DNA of 64,000 nt, taken from positions 107,703 through 171,702 of the forward strand of contig CAWGHH010000002.1 of assembly GCA_963822405.1 (NCBI GenBank), in the 5' to 3' direction. Position 1 is the stretch's first letter. Each line of letters starts with the position of its first letter. Of the stretch, positions 53,513-63,549 are shown piece after piece. The notes below the pieces were generated by a model, which saw only the letters and a program-made list of their open reading frames with translations, did not search any database and was not told the origin of the DNA. Source of the stretch: Candidatus Uhrbacteria bacterium. Lineage in GTDB: Bacteria > Patescibacteriota > Patescibacteriia > UBA9934. The translations under genes were made by a program, and so were the position numbers.

Positions 53513-55405
53513 ATGGACGCTAAAGAGGAGATAAAACAGAAGCTCGACATTGCTGAGGTGATTGCCGAGTATGTGACGCTCAAGCCAGCTGGCTCGGGCG
53601 CTTTTAAGGGTTTGTGCCCGTTTCATGCTGAGCGCTCGCCGAGCTTTCATGTTTCTCGTGAGCGACAAATTTTTAAGTGTTTTGGTTGTGACAAGGGCGG
53701 GGACGTATTTTCTTTTGTCATGGAGATGGAGGGTTTAACTTTTATAGACGCACTCAAGATGCTGGCTCGTCGTGCGGGTGTCGACCTTCCTGAATACAAA
53801 CCAACCGAAGCGGGGAATAGAGCCGACGTGATTTACAAGATTCATGAAGAGGCCACAAAGTTTTATGAATCGGTGCTGGCCGAGTCTTCGTTGACGGGCA
53901 TTACTAGAAATTATTTACTTTCTCGCAAACTGACGCCGGCTATTCAGTTGAAGTTTCGTTTGGGTGCGTCAACTAATGATTGGGATGCACTCGCCCTTCA
54001 TTTGCAGAGGAAAGGTTTTGCCGAGGGACCACTTGTTGAGAGCGGTTTGTGCCACAAGCGAAAGAACGGCACGGGACTGATCGATAGATTCCGCAATCGC
54101 ATGATGGTGCCATTGTGTGATCCGAATGGTCGAGTCGTCGGGTTCACTGCTCGAATATTGCCAGGAGGACTTCCAGATGAAGCGAAGTACATAAACTCAC
54201 CGGAAACGCCGATCTATCATAAGGGCGCAGTGCTCTACGGTTTGCATTTAGCTAAAGGTGGAATTCGAAAAGCCGGTGAGGTTATTATTGTCGAGGGCAA
54301 CCTTGACGTCATTGCGTCCCACATGGCTGGGGTCGAAAATGTTGTTGCTAGTTCTGGCACCGCGCTCACCGAAACTCAACTTCGAACTTTATTCCGCTAT
54401 ACGAAGCGACTGGTATTTTGTTTGGACGACGATGCCGCCGGATTTGCCGCAGCCAAGCGCGTGTTTGCTCTTGCACTCGAGATTCAAAAGAAAGAGCCGA
54501 CACTCGATGTGTCGATTAGATGTCTGGTGATTCCGACCGGAGCCGGGAAGGATCCGGACGATGTAGTTCGAAAGGACCCCGAGCTCTGGAAGAACATTGC
54601 CGCTCATTCCATTGAGATCGTCGAGTATTATTTCGAAAAAACTCTTCGAGTATTCAATGACAAACAAGATGTGAGTGTCGAGGCCCGTCGTCGGCTGGTC
54701 GACGAGCTCCTACCGCAAGTCGCATTACTCGCCCGTGAGGACGAGCGCCACTTGTATTTCATGCGCCTTTCAGACGCCACTCACGTCAGCGTCGATATTT
54801 TGAAGACAATGGCTCAGGGTTATCAAGTGGTCAAAACCTTCCCCGATAAATCCGCTCCAAATAGAATCGCAAGTACGGGTTTGGCGGCGCCAAACTCCTA
54901 TCGCCAACCGAACGCAATTCCTCCCGATCTCGACAAACCTACCCAGGCCGCCGTGTTTCTTCTGGGTGTTTGCTTCAAGTACGAGAAAGCTGCCGGCGAG
55001 ATTCTGGCGCGCGTTCCAAAGGAGATTCTGAATGATCCTTGGAAGTCACTTTACACTCATGTTGAGGTAGTATATAATTCCGCGCAAACGCAACTAAGTG
55101 CCGCACCAATAAAGCCATCGCTTTTTTCACGACTACGCGCCCATCTCGAGAGTGTGAACGCGCCCGAGCTCCTAACCGTGCTCGACGCCCTTGCGCTCAA
55201 GATAGACGAGATGCTGGCCCGTCTGCCGCCAAAAGACGTGCGTGCCGAAGTTGATAGACATCTTATTCTATTTAAGGACGAGCGAGAGAAATCCCGCCGG
55301 AAGGCACTTGAGGCAGAGATCCGCGAAGCAGAAATCGCCGGAGATAATGCCCGCCTAACCGAGCTCATGGATAACTACGCTCTCTTACTGCACCCCCGCG
55401 AATAA
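53513..55405 (+). CDS. dnaG: DNA primase
   Basis: CHC2 zinc finger [34 protein letters not shown], a TOPRIM domain ([13 protein letters not shown]...DDDAAG), and a C-terminal helical domain. Confidence 0.9.
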   Translation: MDAKEEIKQKLDIAEVIAEYVTLKPAGSGAFKGLCPFHAERSPSFHVSRERQIFKCFGCDKGGDVFSFVMEMEGLTFIDALKMLARRAGVDLPEYKPTEAGNRADVIYKIHEEATKFYESVLAESSLTGITRNYLLSRKLTPAIQLKFRLGASTNDWDALALHLQRKGFAEGPLVESGLCHKRKNGTGLIDRFRNRMMVPLCDPNGRVVGFTARILPGGLPDEAKYINSPETPIYHKGAVLYGLHLAKGGIRKAGEVIIVEGNLDVIASHMAGVENVVASSGTALTETQLRTLFRYTKRLVFCLDDDAAGFAAAKRVFALALEIQKKEPTLDVSIRCLVIPTGAGKDPDDVVRKDPELWKNIAAHSIEIVEYYFEKTLRVFNDKQDVSVEARRRLVDELLPQVALLAREDERHLYFMRLSDATHVSVDILKTMAQGYQVVKTFPDKSAPNRIASTGLAAPNSYRQPNAIPPDLDKPTQAAVFLLGVCFKYEKAAGEILARVPKEILNDPWKSLYTHVEVVYNSAQTQLSAAPIKPSLFSRLRAHLESVNAPELLTVLDALALKIDEMLARLPPKDVRAEVDRHLILFKDEREKSRRKALEAEIREAEIAGDNARLTELMDNYALLLHPRE

Positions 55406-55428
55406 CATCACGGGCTAGCGGTCTTTTT

Positions 55429-56700
55429 ATGGCGATGAAAAAAGTTGAACCTTCAAAGAAAGTTATTTCTAAGAAACCAGTCGCTAAGGGCAAGGTTGCC
55501 CCAGCCAAGAAAATTGCTCCTGCGCCAAAAAAAGCACAGAAGCCTGTTAAGGCGATAGAGGCGATTAAGAAACCACCAGTTAAATTGATCGTCGACAAGA
55601 AGAGCCCACCACCCACAGAAGAGGTGATGGCTCGTTTGGTTGAACGTGGTATGACCCGCGGTTTCGTGACTGAGAGCGAAGTGCTTTTTGCCTTTAATTA
55701 TATTGAGGATCACTTGGAGCTGTTTGAAGAATTTTTAGAGCGCCTTGAAAAGAAAGGTCTGCACTTTGTTGAAATGCAAGGCGGGCTACTTGGCGGTGGT
55801 AAGTCTCGTGATGATGTTTACGAGAAGCTACGCATGACCGTAGACAAGAAGAATGACAGCGTCCTGTCTTCTGAGCTGACTCAAGATTCTATTCAGATGT
55901 ACTTGCGCGAAATTGGTAAGATTCCTCTGTTGAACGCTGAAGAAGAAGTTGCGCTTGCTAAGCGTAAAGAGCGAAACGAGAAAGAGGCCGAGCGCCGTTT
56001 GATCGAAGCAAACCTGCGTCTCGTGGTTTCGATTGCTAAGAAGTTCGTTGGTAAGCAATTATCATTACTCGATTTGATTCAGGAAGGTAACGTTGGCCTC
56101 TTCCGCGCGGTGAAGAAGTTCGAGTACAGAAAGGGCTATAAGTTTTCAACTTACGCCACCTGGTGGATTCGCCAAGCGATCACTCGTGCGCTCGCTGACC
56201 AATCCAGAACTATCCGCATTCCGGTTCACATGGTCGAGACGATCAACCGTTATAAGCAGGTTGAACGTCGCCTAATCCAGGACCTCGGTCGCGAGCCATT
56301 ACTTGAGGAACTCGCCGCTGAAATGGGACTCGCTCTTGAAAAGGTTCAGCACATCCAAAAGATTTCGCAGGAAACTGTTTCGCTCGATACTTCTGTCGGC
56401 GACGACGACGATGACTCTACTCTCGGCGACTTCGTAGTTGACGTAAAGAACCTATCTCCGGATAAGGCCGCAGCTCGTCAGTTGCTTAAGGACTACGTGA
56501 ATGAGGCAATGCGCGATCTTACTCCTCGCGAACAAAAGATTCTCGAAATGCGTTTCGGCCTCGAAGACGGTGTTTCTCATACTCTCGAAGAAGTCGGCCG
56601 CGAATTTGACGTTACTCGCGAGCGCATCCGCCAAATCGAAGCCAAGGCCCTAGAAAAGATTCAGCAGAAAGAAATCATCCAGAAGTTGCGAGACTATTAA
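55429..56700 (+). CDS. rpoD: RNA polymerase primary sigma factor (sigma-70)
   Basis: Basic/Lys-Pro-rich N-terminus. Region 2 [13 protein letters not shown], region 3, and a region 4 helix-turn-helix. Sits directly after dnaG, the conserved dnaG-rpoD arrangement. Confidence 0.92.
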   Translation: MAMKKVEPSKKVISKKPVAKGKVAPAKKIAPAPKKAQKPVKAIEAIKKPPVKLIVDKKSPPPTEEVMARLVERGMTRGFVTESEVLFAFNYIEDHLELFEEFLERLEKKGLHFVEMQGGLLGGGKSRDDVYEKLRMTVDKKNDSVLSSELTQDSIQMYLREIGKIPLLNAEEEVALAKRKERNEKEAERRLIEANLRLVVSIAKKFVGKQLSLLDLIQEGNVGLFRAVKKFEYRKGYKFSTYATWWIRQAITRALADQSRTIRIPVHMVETINRYKQVERRLIQDLGREPLLEELAAEMGLALEKVQHIQKISQETVSLDTSVGDDDDDSTLGDFVVDVKNLSPDKAAARQLLKDYVNEAMRDLTPREQKILEMRFGLEDGVSHTLEEVGREFDVTRERIRQIEAKALEKIQQKEIIQKLRDY

Positions 56701-56795
56701 GATATAGCCCGCCTCCCGGTTCCTGAGCGAAGGTTCGCCCGTAGGGGCTACGCTCGAGGAACCTAGAGGTGGGTTATTGAGTTGTTCCCATTTTG
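56701..56795. repeat. GC-rich palindromic intergenic element, copy C variant, in the leader of the Bro-N gene
   Basis: ggttcctgagcg...aaggttcgcccgtaggggctacgctcgaggaacc contains the cgcccgtagggGctacgc core inside a 12-bp inverted repeat. Then cctagaggtgg (also at 16016-16026) and hairpin gttccca tttt gggaac. Confidence 0.5.
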
Positions 56796-56818
56796 GGAAC
56801 AGTTGAACATAACTATTT

Positions 56819-57655
56819 ATGTCTGACGATCAAAACAAGTATATTGCGATCTTCAAGAGCAAGGAAATTCGGAGGATCATTCATAAAAATGAATGGTGGT
56901 TTTCGGTTATCGACATCATCGAAGCCTTAACTGGCACTGACAGAGGTAGGAAATATTGGAGCGATTTAAAGAAAATGCTCATCGATGAAGGATTTATTGA
57001 ACTGTCCGAAAAAATCGGACAGTTGAAAATGATGGCATTGGACGGCAAGATGCGAGATACCGATTGTGCCGATACGGAAACAATGTTTCGCATTATTCAA
57101 TCCGTCCCATCACCGAAAGCCGAACCTTTCAAGCGTTGGTTAGCGAAGGTCGGCTATGAACGTATTCAAGAGATTGAAAATCCCGAGCTAGCGTCAAAAC
57201 GCGCTAAGCTACTATACAAGCTCAAGGGCTATCCCGAGCAGTGGATCGAAAAACGAATGCGTGGTATTGCGGTTCGAAATGAACTGACCGATGAATGGGA
57301 TAAGCGCGGCGCGAAAAAACAAAAAGAGTACGAGATACTCACTGCTGAAATTTCGAAGGCATCATTTGGCGTAACGCCCGCGGAGTATAAGAAATTGAAG
57401 GGACTCAAGCGGGAGAATCTACGTGATCACATGGATGACCTCGAACTGATCTTGACCATGCTCGGCGAACAGACGACAACGGAAATTCACCGCAAGAATG
57501 ATTCTCAAGGATTGCCAAAGTTGAAGGGCGACGCAAAGGCGGGAGGAGCTATCGCTGGCTCTGCTAGAAAGCAAATCGAGAAGAAACTCGGCAGACCAAT
57601 TGTTTCAAAAGATAACTTTCTGGCAAACGACAAGAAGAAAAAGATAGGGAAGTAA
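56819..57655 (+). CDS. Bro-N domain protein (phage anti-repressor-like DNA-binding protein)
   Basis: IAIFKSKEIRRIIHKNEWWFSVIDIIEALTG... DGKMRDTDCADTETMFRIIQSVPSPKAEPFKRWLAKV fits the Bro-N consensus (F.F....IR......wFva.DvaeaLg ... dg.....r...fi.e.glY.li..S..P.A..FkrWv). C-terminal half is Lys-rich. Confidence 0.55.
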   Translation: MSDDQNKYIAIFKSKEIRRIIHKNEWWFSVIDIIEALTGTDRGRKYWSDLKKMLIDEGFIELSEKIGQLKMMALDGKMRDTDCADTETMFRIIQSVPSPKAEPFKRWLAKVGYERIQEIENPELASKRAKLLYKLKGYPEQWIEKRMRGIAVRNELTDEWDKRGAKKQKEYEILTAEISKASFGVTPAEYKKLKGLKRENLRDHMDDLELILTMLGEQTTTEIHRKNDSQGLPKLKGDAKAGGAIAGSARKQIEKKLGRPIVSKDNFLANDKKKKIGK

Positions 57656-57660
57656 ACAAA

Positions 57661-57686
57661 AATCCACCATTACGGTGGATTTTTGT
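57661..57686. terminator. Bidirectional terminator between the convergent Bro-N gene and typA
   Basis: aaaaatccaccattacggtggatttttg: 8-bp stem tccaccat / ccgtggat (one mismatch), loop tacgg, with flanking A- and T-runs. Confidence 0.5.
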
Positions 57687-57692
57687 TGTGGC

Positions 57693-59504
57693 TTACACAT
57701 CATTAGCATTGGATCGTCCCGAGCGCTTGCGCTCAGTCTCGGTCAAGTACTTCTTGCGCATGCGGACGTTCTTTGGGGTGACTTCTACGTATTCATCGGA
57801 GTCGATGTATTCAAGAGCACGTTCCAAGTTCATGTCGATAGCTGGGGTGATGACTACGATGTGATCAGCAGAGGAAGCGCGCATGTTAGTCAGCTGCTTT
57901 TCCTTGACTGCGTTCACGGTCATGGTTTCCTTGGCGCTAGCACCAATCACCATGCCCTCATAGATTTCTGTTCCAGGAGCTACGAACATGTCGCCACGTT
58001 CCTGAATCATGGCTAGAGCATAAGGAGTAGTCTTGCCCTGTTCACCGGAAATGATTGAACCAGCAGTTCTGCGGCTGATTTCTCCCTTGTGTTCTGCGTA
58101 ACCAGAGAAGATGTGAGAGAAAGTTCCTTGGCCTTTAGTGACCGTCATGAATTCAGTTCGGAAACCCAGGATACCGCGAGTTGGCATGGTGTACTCAAGA
58201 CGGGTTGAACCGTTCTCGCTCATCATGTTCGTCATGTCGCCCTTGCGTTTGCCGAGTTTTTCAATAACTGCACCAGCGAATTCATCAGGCACGTCAATGA
58301 CGACAGATTCCATTGGTTCCATTTTTACGCCGTTTTCTGTCTTCATGATCACCTGTGGCTGGGAAACCTGGAGTTCAAACCCTTCGCGACGCATCTGTTC
58401 GATCAAAATAGCTAGGTGCATTTCACCACGTCCGGAGACGCGGAATTCACCGTCACTAAGTGGAAACTCGACCTGCAATCCAACGTTGATTTCAAGCTCG
58501 CGTTCCAAGCGTTCACGAATCTGGCGAGAAGTAACGAGTGAGCCTTCGCGTCCCGCAAATGGGGAAGAGTTAGGCATGAAGTTCATGGTCAAGGTAGGAC
58601 CGTCAATGGCCAATGTTGGAAGTGCTTCAGCGTCAGGAGATTCGGCGATAGTTTCACCTACGTAAATTTCTGGGAATCCAGCTACCTGTACAATATCTCC
58701 AGCCACTGCCTCATTTACCTCAACCTTGGTTAGACCCTGGTGAGTGTAAAGCTTAGTGATTTTACCGGTGTAGCGTGTTCCGTCTTGTTTGATGACAGTG
58801 ACAGTTGAGTTCATTTTGACGATGCCCTCTACGATACGACCTACAGCGATACGGCCAACGTAGTTGTCGTATTTGAGGTTAGCCACTTGCATGCGCATTG
58901 GCTTTTCTGTTTCACTCTTAGCTGGAGGAACGGTCTTTAGAATGAGGTCAAACAATGGGCGAAGGTCTTTGCTTTCATCCTTGAGATCCATTTTTGCAAT
59001 ACCGTCTCGGCCAATTGTGTAGATGTGCTGGAAATCTAGCTGTGCATCAGTTGCGCCAAGTTCTACGAATAGATCAAAGATCTGGTTATGTACCCAGTCT
59101 GGGCGAGCCGTTGGCTTATCGATCTTGTTGATGACAACAATCGGCTTAAGACCAAGAGCGAGTGACTTACGCAAAACGAACTTAGTTTGTGGCATCGGGC
59201 CTTCGTAGGCGTCGACCAAAAGAAGAACTGAATCAACCATTCTAAGAACGCGCTCAACTTCTGAACCGAAGTCAGCGTGCCCTGGGGTATCAACAATGTT
59301 GATTTTAACGCCATCTACCACGATAGCCGTGTTTTTTGCGTAAATGGTAATCCCGCGCTCGCGTTCGAGTTCGTTAGAATCCATGACACAATCCTGAATA
59401 ACGTCACGTTCATTAAACGTGCCAGACTGTTTGAGCATGGCGTCCACTAAAGTGGTTTTGCCGTGGTCAACGTGGGCAATGATAGCAATATTTCGGAATT
59501 CCAT
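57693..59504 (-). CDS. typA: Translational GTPase TypA/BipA
   Basis: [24 protein letters not shown] is the G1 motif. Followed by DTPGHADF and NKIDKP, then EF-G-like domains over 603 aa. Confidence 0.93.
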   Translation of the reverse strand: MEFRNIAIIAHVDHGKTTLVDAMLKQSGTFNERDVIQDCVMDSNELERERGITIYAKNTAIVVDGVKINIVDTPGHADFGSEVERVLRMVDSVLLLVDAYEGPMPQTKFVLRKSLALGLKPIVVINKIDKPTARPDWVHNQIFDLFVELGATDAQLDFQHIYTIGRDGIAKMDLKDESKDLRPLFDLILKTVPPAKSETEKPMRMQVANLKYDNYVGRIAVGRIVEGIVKMNSTVTVIKQDGTRYTGKITKLYTHQGLTKVEVNEAVAGDIVQVAGFPEIYVGETIAESPDAEALPTLAIDGPTLTMNFMPNSSPFAGREGSLVTSRQIRERLERELEINVGLQVEFPLSDGEFRVSGRGEMHLAILIEQMRREGFELQVSQPQVIMKTENGVKMEPMESVVIDVPDEFAGAVIEKLGKRKGDMTNMMSENGSTRLEYTMPTRGILGFRTEFMTVTKGQGTFSHIFSGYAEHKGEISRRTAGSIISGEQGKTTPYALAMIQERGDMFVAPGTEIYEGMVIGASAKETMTVNAVKEKQLTNMRASSADHIVVITPAIDMNLERALEYIDSDEYVEVTPKNVRMRKKYLTETERKRSGRSNANDV

Positions 59505-59705
59505 AAGTGGGCGGAAGTATATAGGAAGGATTGAAATTAGTCAAAGTTTTTGGCACCCTTTTTGACAAACCCTAGCGTTTTTTGTAAGGTCACCCGTTCC
59601 TTGAATGTTTATCGAACACATTCCGGGTCCAAGTTAGCGGGGAGAAAGTTCGAGACAGTGAAAGTGACTAACATCTATTGGCGAATTCTCGCCAAGGAGG
59701 ACGTG

Positions 59706-61691
59706 ATGAAGGTTCAATTGTTTGCACTCATGGGCCTGATGCTCATGGGATCGTGTGGCCCTGCCGGCGTGAGCCTGCAGGAAGACTCCGGCGACAGCGC
59801 CGTGTCGAGCGGCTTCTACGCGCTCGACGGGACCGAAGAAGCTCGCTTGAGCTGTAACGGTACGATCGAGGTCCACAACTTCGACCAGGACTCGTTCGGT
59901 CGGGAATACTGCGTGGCGCTCGGTACCTCGAGCCTCCCGTTCTTCGCGACCACCGTCGGCGACTGCAACGACGGCGACCCGCTCATCTACCCCGGCGCCC
60001 CAGACCCTACGGTCGATGGCGTCGATCAGAACTGCGACGACGTCGACGGCCCTTTGCAGAACGGAACCTTCTACAGGGACCTCGATGGCGACGGGTACGG
60101 CAAAGCGTCGAGCGGCACGAGCACGGTTCAGGGTACCGGCTTCGTGACGAGCAACACGGACTGCGATGACACGAGCAACCTCGATCACCCGAACGCGGCC
60201 GAGGCCTGCGACGGCATCGACAACGACTGCGACCACCTCGTGGACAACGGTGCGCCGGGGAGCGCGACGTGGTACGGGGACGCCGACAAGGACAACTACG
60301 GGATCTCCACGCAGACCGTGGTGGCGTGCATGAAGCCGGCGAACTACGCGGTTCAGGCCGGTGATTGCAAGGACGACGACATCACGATCCACCCCGGCGC
60401 GGCGGAAACCTGCGACGGCAAGGACAACAACTGCGACAACCTGGTGGACAACGGCGCAACGGGCGCCAGCACCTGGTACGCGGATGTGGACGGTGACACG
60501 GCCGGCAGTAGCGTGCACGGTACCGTCACGGCGTGCGCCCAGCCCCAGGGGTTCGCCGCGAGCAACAACGACTGCGACGACAACAACTTCGCGCGGACGC
60601 CCGGCAAGACCGAGGTCTGCGACGCCATCGACAACGACTGCGACAACGTCGTGGACGAGGGCGCGGGCAGCGTGTACTTCGCGGACAAGGACGGCGATAC
60701 GATCGGCAGTTCGGTGTACGGCACCACCACGGCGTGCGCCCAGCCCACGGGGTACGTCACGACGAGCACCGATTGCGACGACAACAACTTCGCGCGGACG
60801 CCCGGCAAGGCCGAGATCTGCGACGGCGTCGACAACAACTGCAACGGTGTCGTGGATGATGGTGCGACTGGCATCATCATCTGGTACCTGGACGTGGACG
60901 GCGACAGCTACGGCGTGAACGGGCTCATCTCGAACGCCTGTGCCAAGCCGAGCAACTACGCCATCCAGGGCGGTGACTGCAACGACGCGAACGGAGCGAT
61001 CAAGCCCGGCGCGTCCGAGTCCTGCAACGGCGTGGACGACAACTGCAACGGGCAGGTCGACGAAACGTGCAACTCCGTCACCTACTACAAGGACAACGAC
61101 AACGACGGTCACGGGAGAGCGAGTAGCGGAACGAGCACCTCTTCGGGCAACGGGTTCGTCACGAGCAGTGATGACTGCAACGACGGCGACGCCCAGACCT
61201 ACCCCGGCGCGCCTGAGACCCGGGTCAACGTCGACAGCAACTGCGACGGCACGGCTTACACCGGCTCGAACAGCGGTTCGTGTCCGACCGGCCAGAGCAA
61301 GTTTGCGGGTTCGTTCGTCGGCTCGGGCACGGGAAACATCATCCTGTCCGATTCGTACTTCGACATCCGGGACACCGTGAACGGCGTCAACTACCTGCCT
61401 TGGGCTCACGTCAGCACCGGTACGCCTTCGGGCATGACGGTGTCGACGAGCGGCAACAAGGTGACGTTCGCGTATGACGTGTGTCTGCCGGACACCGTGA
61501 TCAAGACGGTGTCGTTTACCTACTACTACTCGAACGACTCCCAGGTTCGCTACAGCTGTGAAGGCGGCGCGAACAACACGCCGACGAACTTCACTGGCGT
61601 GTGGACCATGACGAGCGACGGCTTCTCGACCCCCGTGTCGAAGGCGCTCAGCGGAAACCCCGTGACGGGCTGCGTCGGCACCTACTACTAG
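59706..61691 (+). CDS. Secreted Cys-rich repeat protein with seven 'putative metal-binding' (Myxococcus MopE-type) motifs; compositionally foreign (~65% GC)
   Basis: Start MKVQLFALMGLMLMGSCGP with SD aaggagga. Seven repeats of DC[DNK]D....[YH]PGA.E.CDG.DN[DN]C[DN]..VD[DE]G. These alternate with WY.D.DGD.[YI]G loops (WYGDADKDNYG, WYADVDGDTAG, YFADKDGDTIG, WYLDVDGDSYG, YYKDNDNDGHG). GC content is visibly far above the flanks. A 714-aa antisense ORF (59634-61778) is a high-GC shadow. Confidence 0.7.
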   Translation: MKVQLFALMGLMLMGSCGPAGVSLQEDSGDSAVSSGFYALDGTEEARLSCNGTIEVHNFDQDSFGREYCVALGTSSLPFFATTVGDCNDGDPLIYPGAPDPTVDGVDQNCDDVDGPLQNGTFYRDLDGDGYGKASSGTSTVQGTGFVTSNTDCDDTSNLDHPNAAEACDGIDNDCDHLVDNGAPGSATWYGDADKDNYGISTQTVVACMKPANYAVQAGDCKDDDITIHPGAAETCDGKDNNCDNLVDNGATGASTWYADVDGDTAGSSVHGTVTACAQPQGFAASNNDCDDNNFARTPGKTEVCDAIDNDCDNVVDEGAGSVYFADKDGDTIGSSVYGTTTACAQPTGYVTTSTDCDDNNFARTPGKAEICDGVDNNCNGVVDDGATGIIIWYLDVDGDSYGVNGLISNACAKPSNYAIQGGDCNDANGAIKPGASESCNGVDDNCNGQVDETCNSVTYYKDNDNDGHGRASSGTSTSSGNGFVTSSDDCNDGDAQTYPGAPETRVNVDSNCDGTAYTGSNSGSCPTGQSKFAGSFVGSGTGNIILSDSYFDIRDTVNGVNYLPWAHVSTGTPSGMTVSTSGNKVTFAYDVCLPDTVIKTVSFTYYYSNDSQVRYSCEGGANNTPTNFTGVWTMTSDGFSTPVSKALSGNPVTGCVGTYY

Positions 61692-61780
61692 GTGAATGGG
61701 TGAGTCGGTGACTCTTGGGCGCCTTTGGACTTCGGTCCAGGGGCGCCTTTTACTATGTTGTGATAATCTGTTCGGCATCT

Positions 61781-62986
61781 ATGCGACATAAACACGTTCT
61801 TCCTTCTTTTGCAGACTTATCACAAGACATTGCTGGCGAGATTCCGGTAGGGATTATTGAGGACTGGATTCAGAGCGACGGTAGTGAAGAATCGCACGCC
61901 AAAATTTTGAAACCCTTCGAACGCCAAGGGACTTTTGTTTCTTCGGACTCTGCGGGACTGTCTAAACTATCACTCGGCAAGTCATTGATCGAGGTCATGA
62001 AGCTAGTCAGCCAACCAAAAGAAATTATTCACGCTTTTGGCAAAGCTATTGGCGGGCAGGCGATTGGTGTTTGGATTGCGGACAATACGCAGATGTTCTA
62101 TCCGTCGAGTGTTCCAGTCGAAGATGTAGTCGGTCAGATGCTCGCTGTGCAAGCTGAGGCGTCGAGGTGCCTCGTTAAAGTTGGACTCGGCATACATACT
62201 GGTGTGGCATATGAAATCGGCGGAGGATTATATGGGGCAGATGCTGATAGCGTCGAGCATGTGACCGAAGAGGATTCTAAGGCGGGGGAGGTTATGGTTT
62301 CGGCGGAAGTGAAGAAGGTTATAGGTGATAAGTGGAAGGTTAGGACAGAGCGTGAAGGCTATTTTGTGCTCGAACAACCAACGGAAGCGTTGCCGGTGAA
62401 GGCTGGCAATGATATTCGTTATCCGGCGCCTTTTGACGGTAAGTTTTTCGACGAACTTCAAGCTCTTGACCTAAATAACAAGCAAATGGTAGAGGCGCTC
62501 GAACAGGCTCGTCTACAAGCTAGAACGGTAGTTCTCATTCGAGTTTTTCATACTCACGAGGAATTGCTTTTGAATACACTCGTTAAAGGAGTCGCGACAA
62601 ACTCGCTCATGAATAATGTGTTGAAACGATACGACTGCAATCTCATTAACATGAATGGCAGCATCATGATTGTAACGCTTGAGCAATCTGCTGAAGCTGT
62701 AGATTTAGCGCTCGCTCTGCATGAAGCGACTCGAAAAAATGAATTGACTGCTAACGTTTCAGTAGTAGCTGGCGAGGTATTAATCTTCGATCTTGGCCAA
62801 GGCAAAGAGCAAATTGCTGGTTCACCGGTGAATGTTGCATCAAAGCTCGCGGAAGATACTGATGAACGTAACGCCTTATTCCTTGAGTCGTCAGTGATCG
62901 AGCACGCGCCTCAACACGGATTGCAAATGCCATTTACTGTGGTGAAGTCGGGAGTTACATTATCTGGAATTCGGGTAACTTTTTAG
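61781..62986 (+). CDS. Hypothetical protein
   Basis: ~400 aa from MRHKHV. GC content returns to the window norm. No motif recognised. Confidence 0.4.
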   Translation: MRHKHVLPSFADLSQDIAGEIPVGIIEDWIQSDGSEESHAKILKPFERQGTFVSSDSAGLSKLSLGKSLIEVMKLVSQPKEIIHAFGKAIGGQAIGVWIADNTQMFYPSSVPVEDVVGQMLAVQAEASRCLVKVGLGIHTGVAYEIGGGLYGADADSVEHVTEEDSKAGEVMVSAEVKKVIGDKWKVRTEREGYFVLEQPTEALPVKAGNDIRYPAPFDGKFFDELQALDLNNKQMVEALEQARLQARTVVLIRVFHTHEELLLNTLVKGVATNSLMNNVLKRYDCNLINMNGSIMIVTLEQSAEAVDLALALHEATRKNELTANVSVVAGEVLIFDLGQGKEQIAGSPVNVASKLAEDTDERNALFLESSVIEHAPQHGLQMPFTVVKSGVTLSGIRVTF

Positions 62987-63041
62987 GCACAATTAGCGGA
63001 ATATTTGAGTTCTGGCGTGCTATACTATTCTCGTATCAAGT

Positions 63042-63548
63042 ATGAGAATTAGCACTAAACTTGCTGGGGCCGCACTGCTTCTGATATTTATCAGCTCTGT
63101 TTTTTCTATTTCCGTTTTTTATTGGTCGACTAAGATTCCGGACGATCAAGCGTTAATTGCTTTTAAAATCGCTTCCATCATAATTTTATTTTCTGTTTTC
63201 GGGGTAGCATTTTTCTTTTTTGTGACGAGCAATAGAATGAGTGAGTCGTTCGCTTTACTTAAAACTGAATGCATCCAGCTTGCTAATCAGGATTTTTTGA
63301 AGGTGAAAATTAATACCGGTGCAATTATCAAATCATCAGATGAAATAGGGGAATTGGCGGACGCTTTTTACAAGATGGCGGGTAAGATACAGAAGTTTCA
63401 GAAAAATATGGAGCGGGTAATTGCGGAGAGAACCATTAATTTAGAGCGAAGTGTAGAGGAACTTGAGAGGATGAATAGAATCATGGTGGACAGAGAAGTA
63501 CGAATGGCGGAATTAAAAGAGGAAATTAGAAGTTTGCGGAAGGAATAA
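63042..63548 (+). CDS. Membrane-anchored HAMP-domain protein (sensor N-terminal module)
   Basis: Two TM helices, then a HAMP-like segment DEIGELADAFYKMAGKIQKFQKNMERV and a coiled coil. Stop TAA at 63546-63548 is 1 nt from the next ATG. Confidence 0.5.
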   Translation: MRISTKLAGAALLLIFISSVFSISVFYWSTKIPDDQALIAFKIASIIILFSVFGVAFFFFVTSNRMSESFALLKTECIQLANQDFLKVKINTGAIIKSSDEIGELADAFYKMAGKIQKFQKNMERVIAERTINLERSVEELERMNRIMVDREVRMAELKEEIRSLRKE

Positions 63549-63549
63549 C

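Noticed and set aside
59634-61778. 714-aa minus-strand ORF
   Set aside because: It lies entirely antisense to the high-GC Cys-repeat gene. Its Arg/Ala/Val-rich, low-complexity translation is typical of shadow ORFs in GC-rich DNA. The + strand product has clear repeat motifs and an SD/start.
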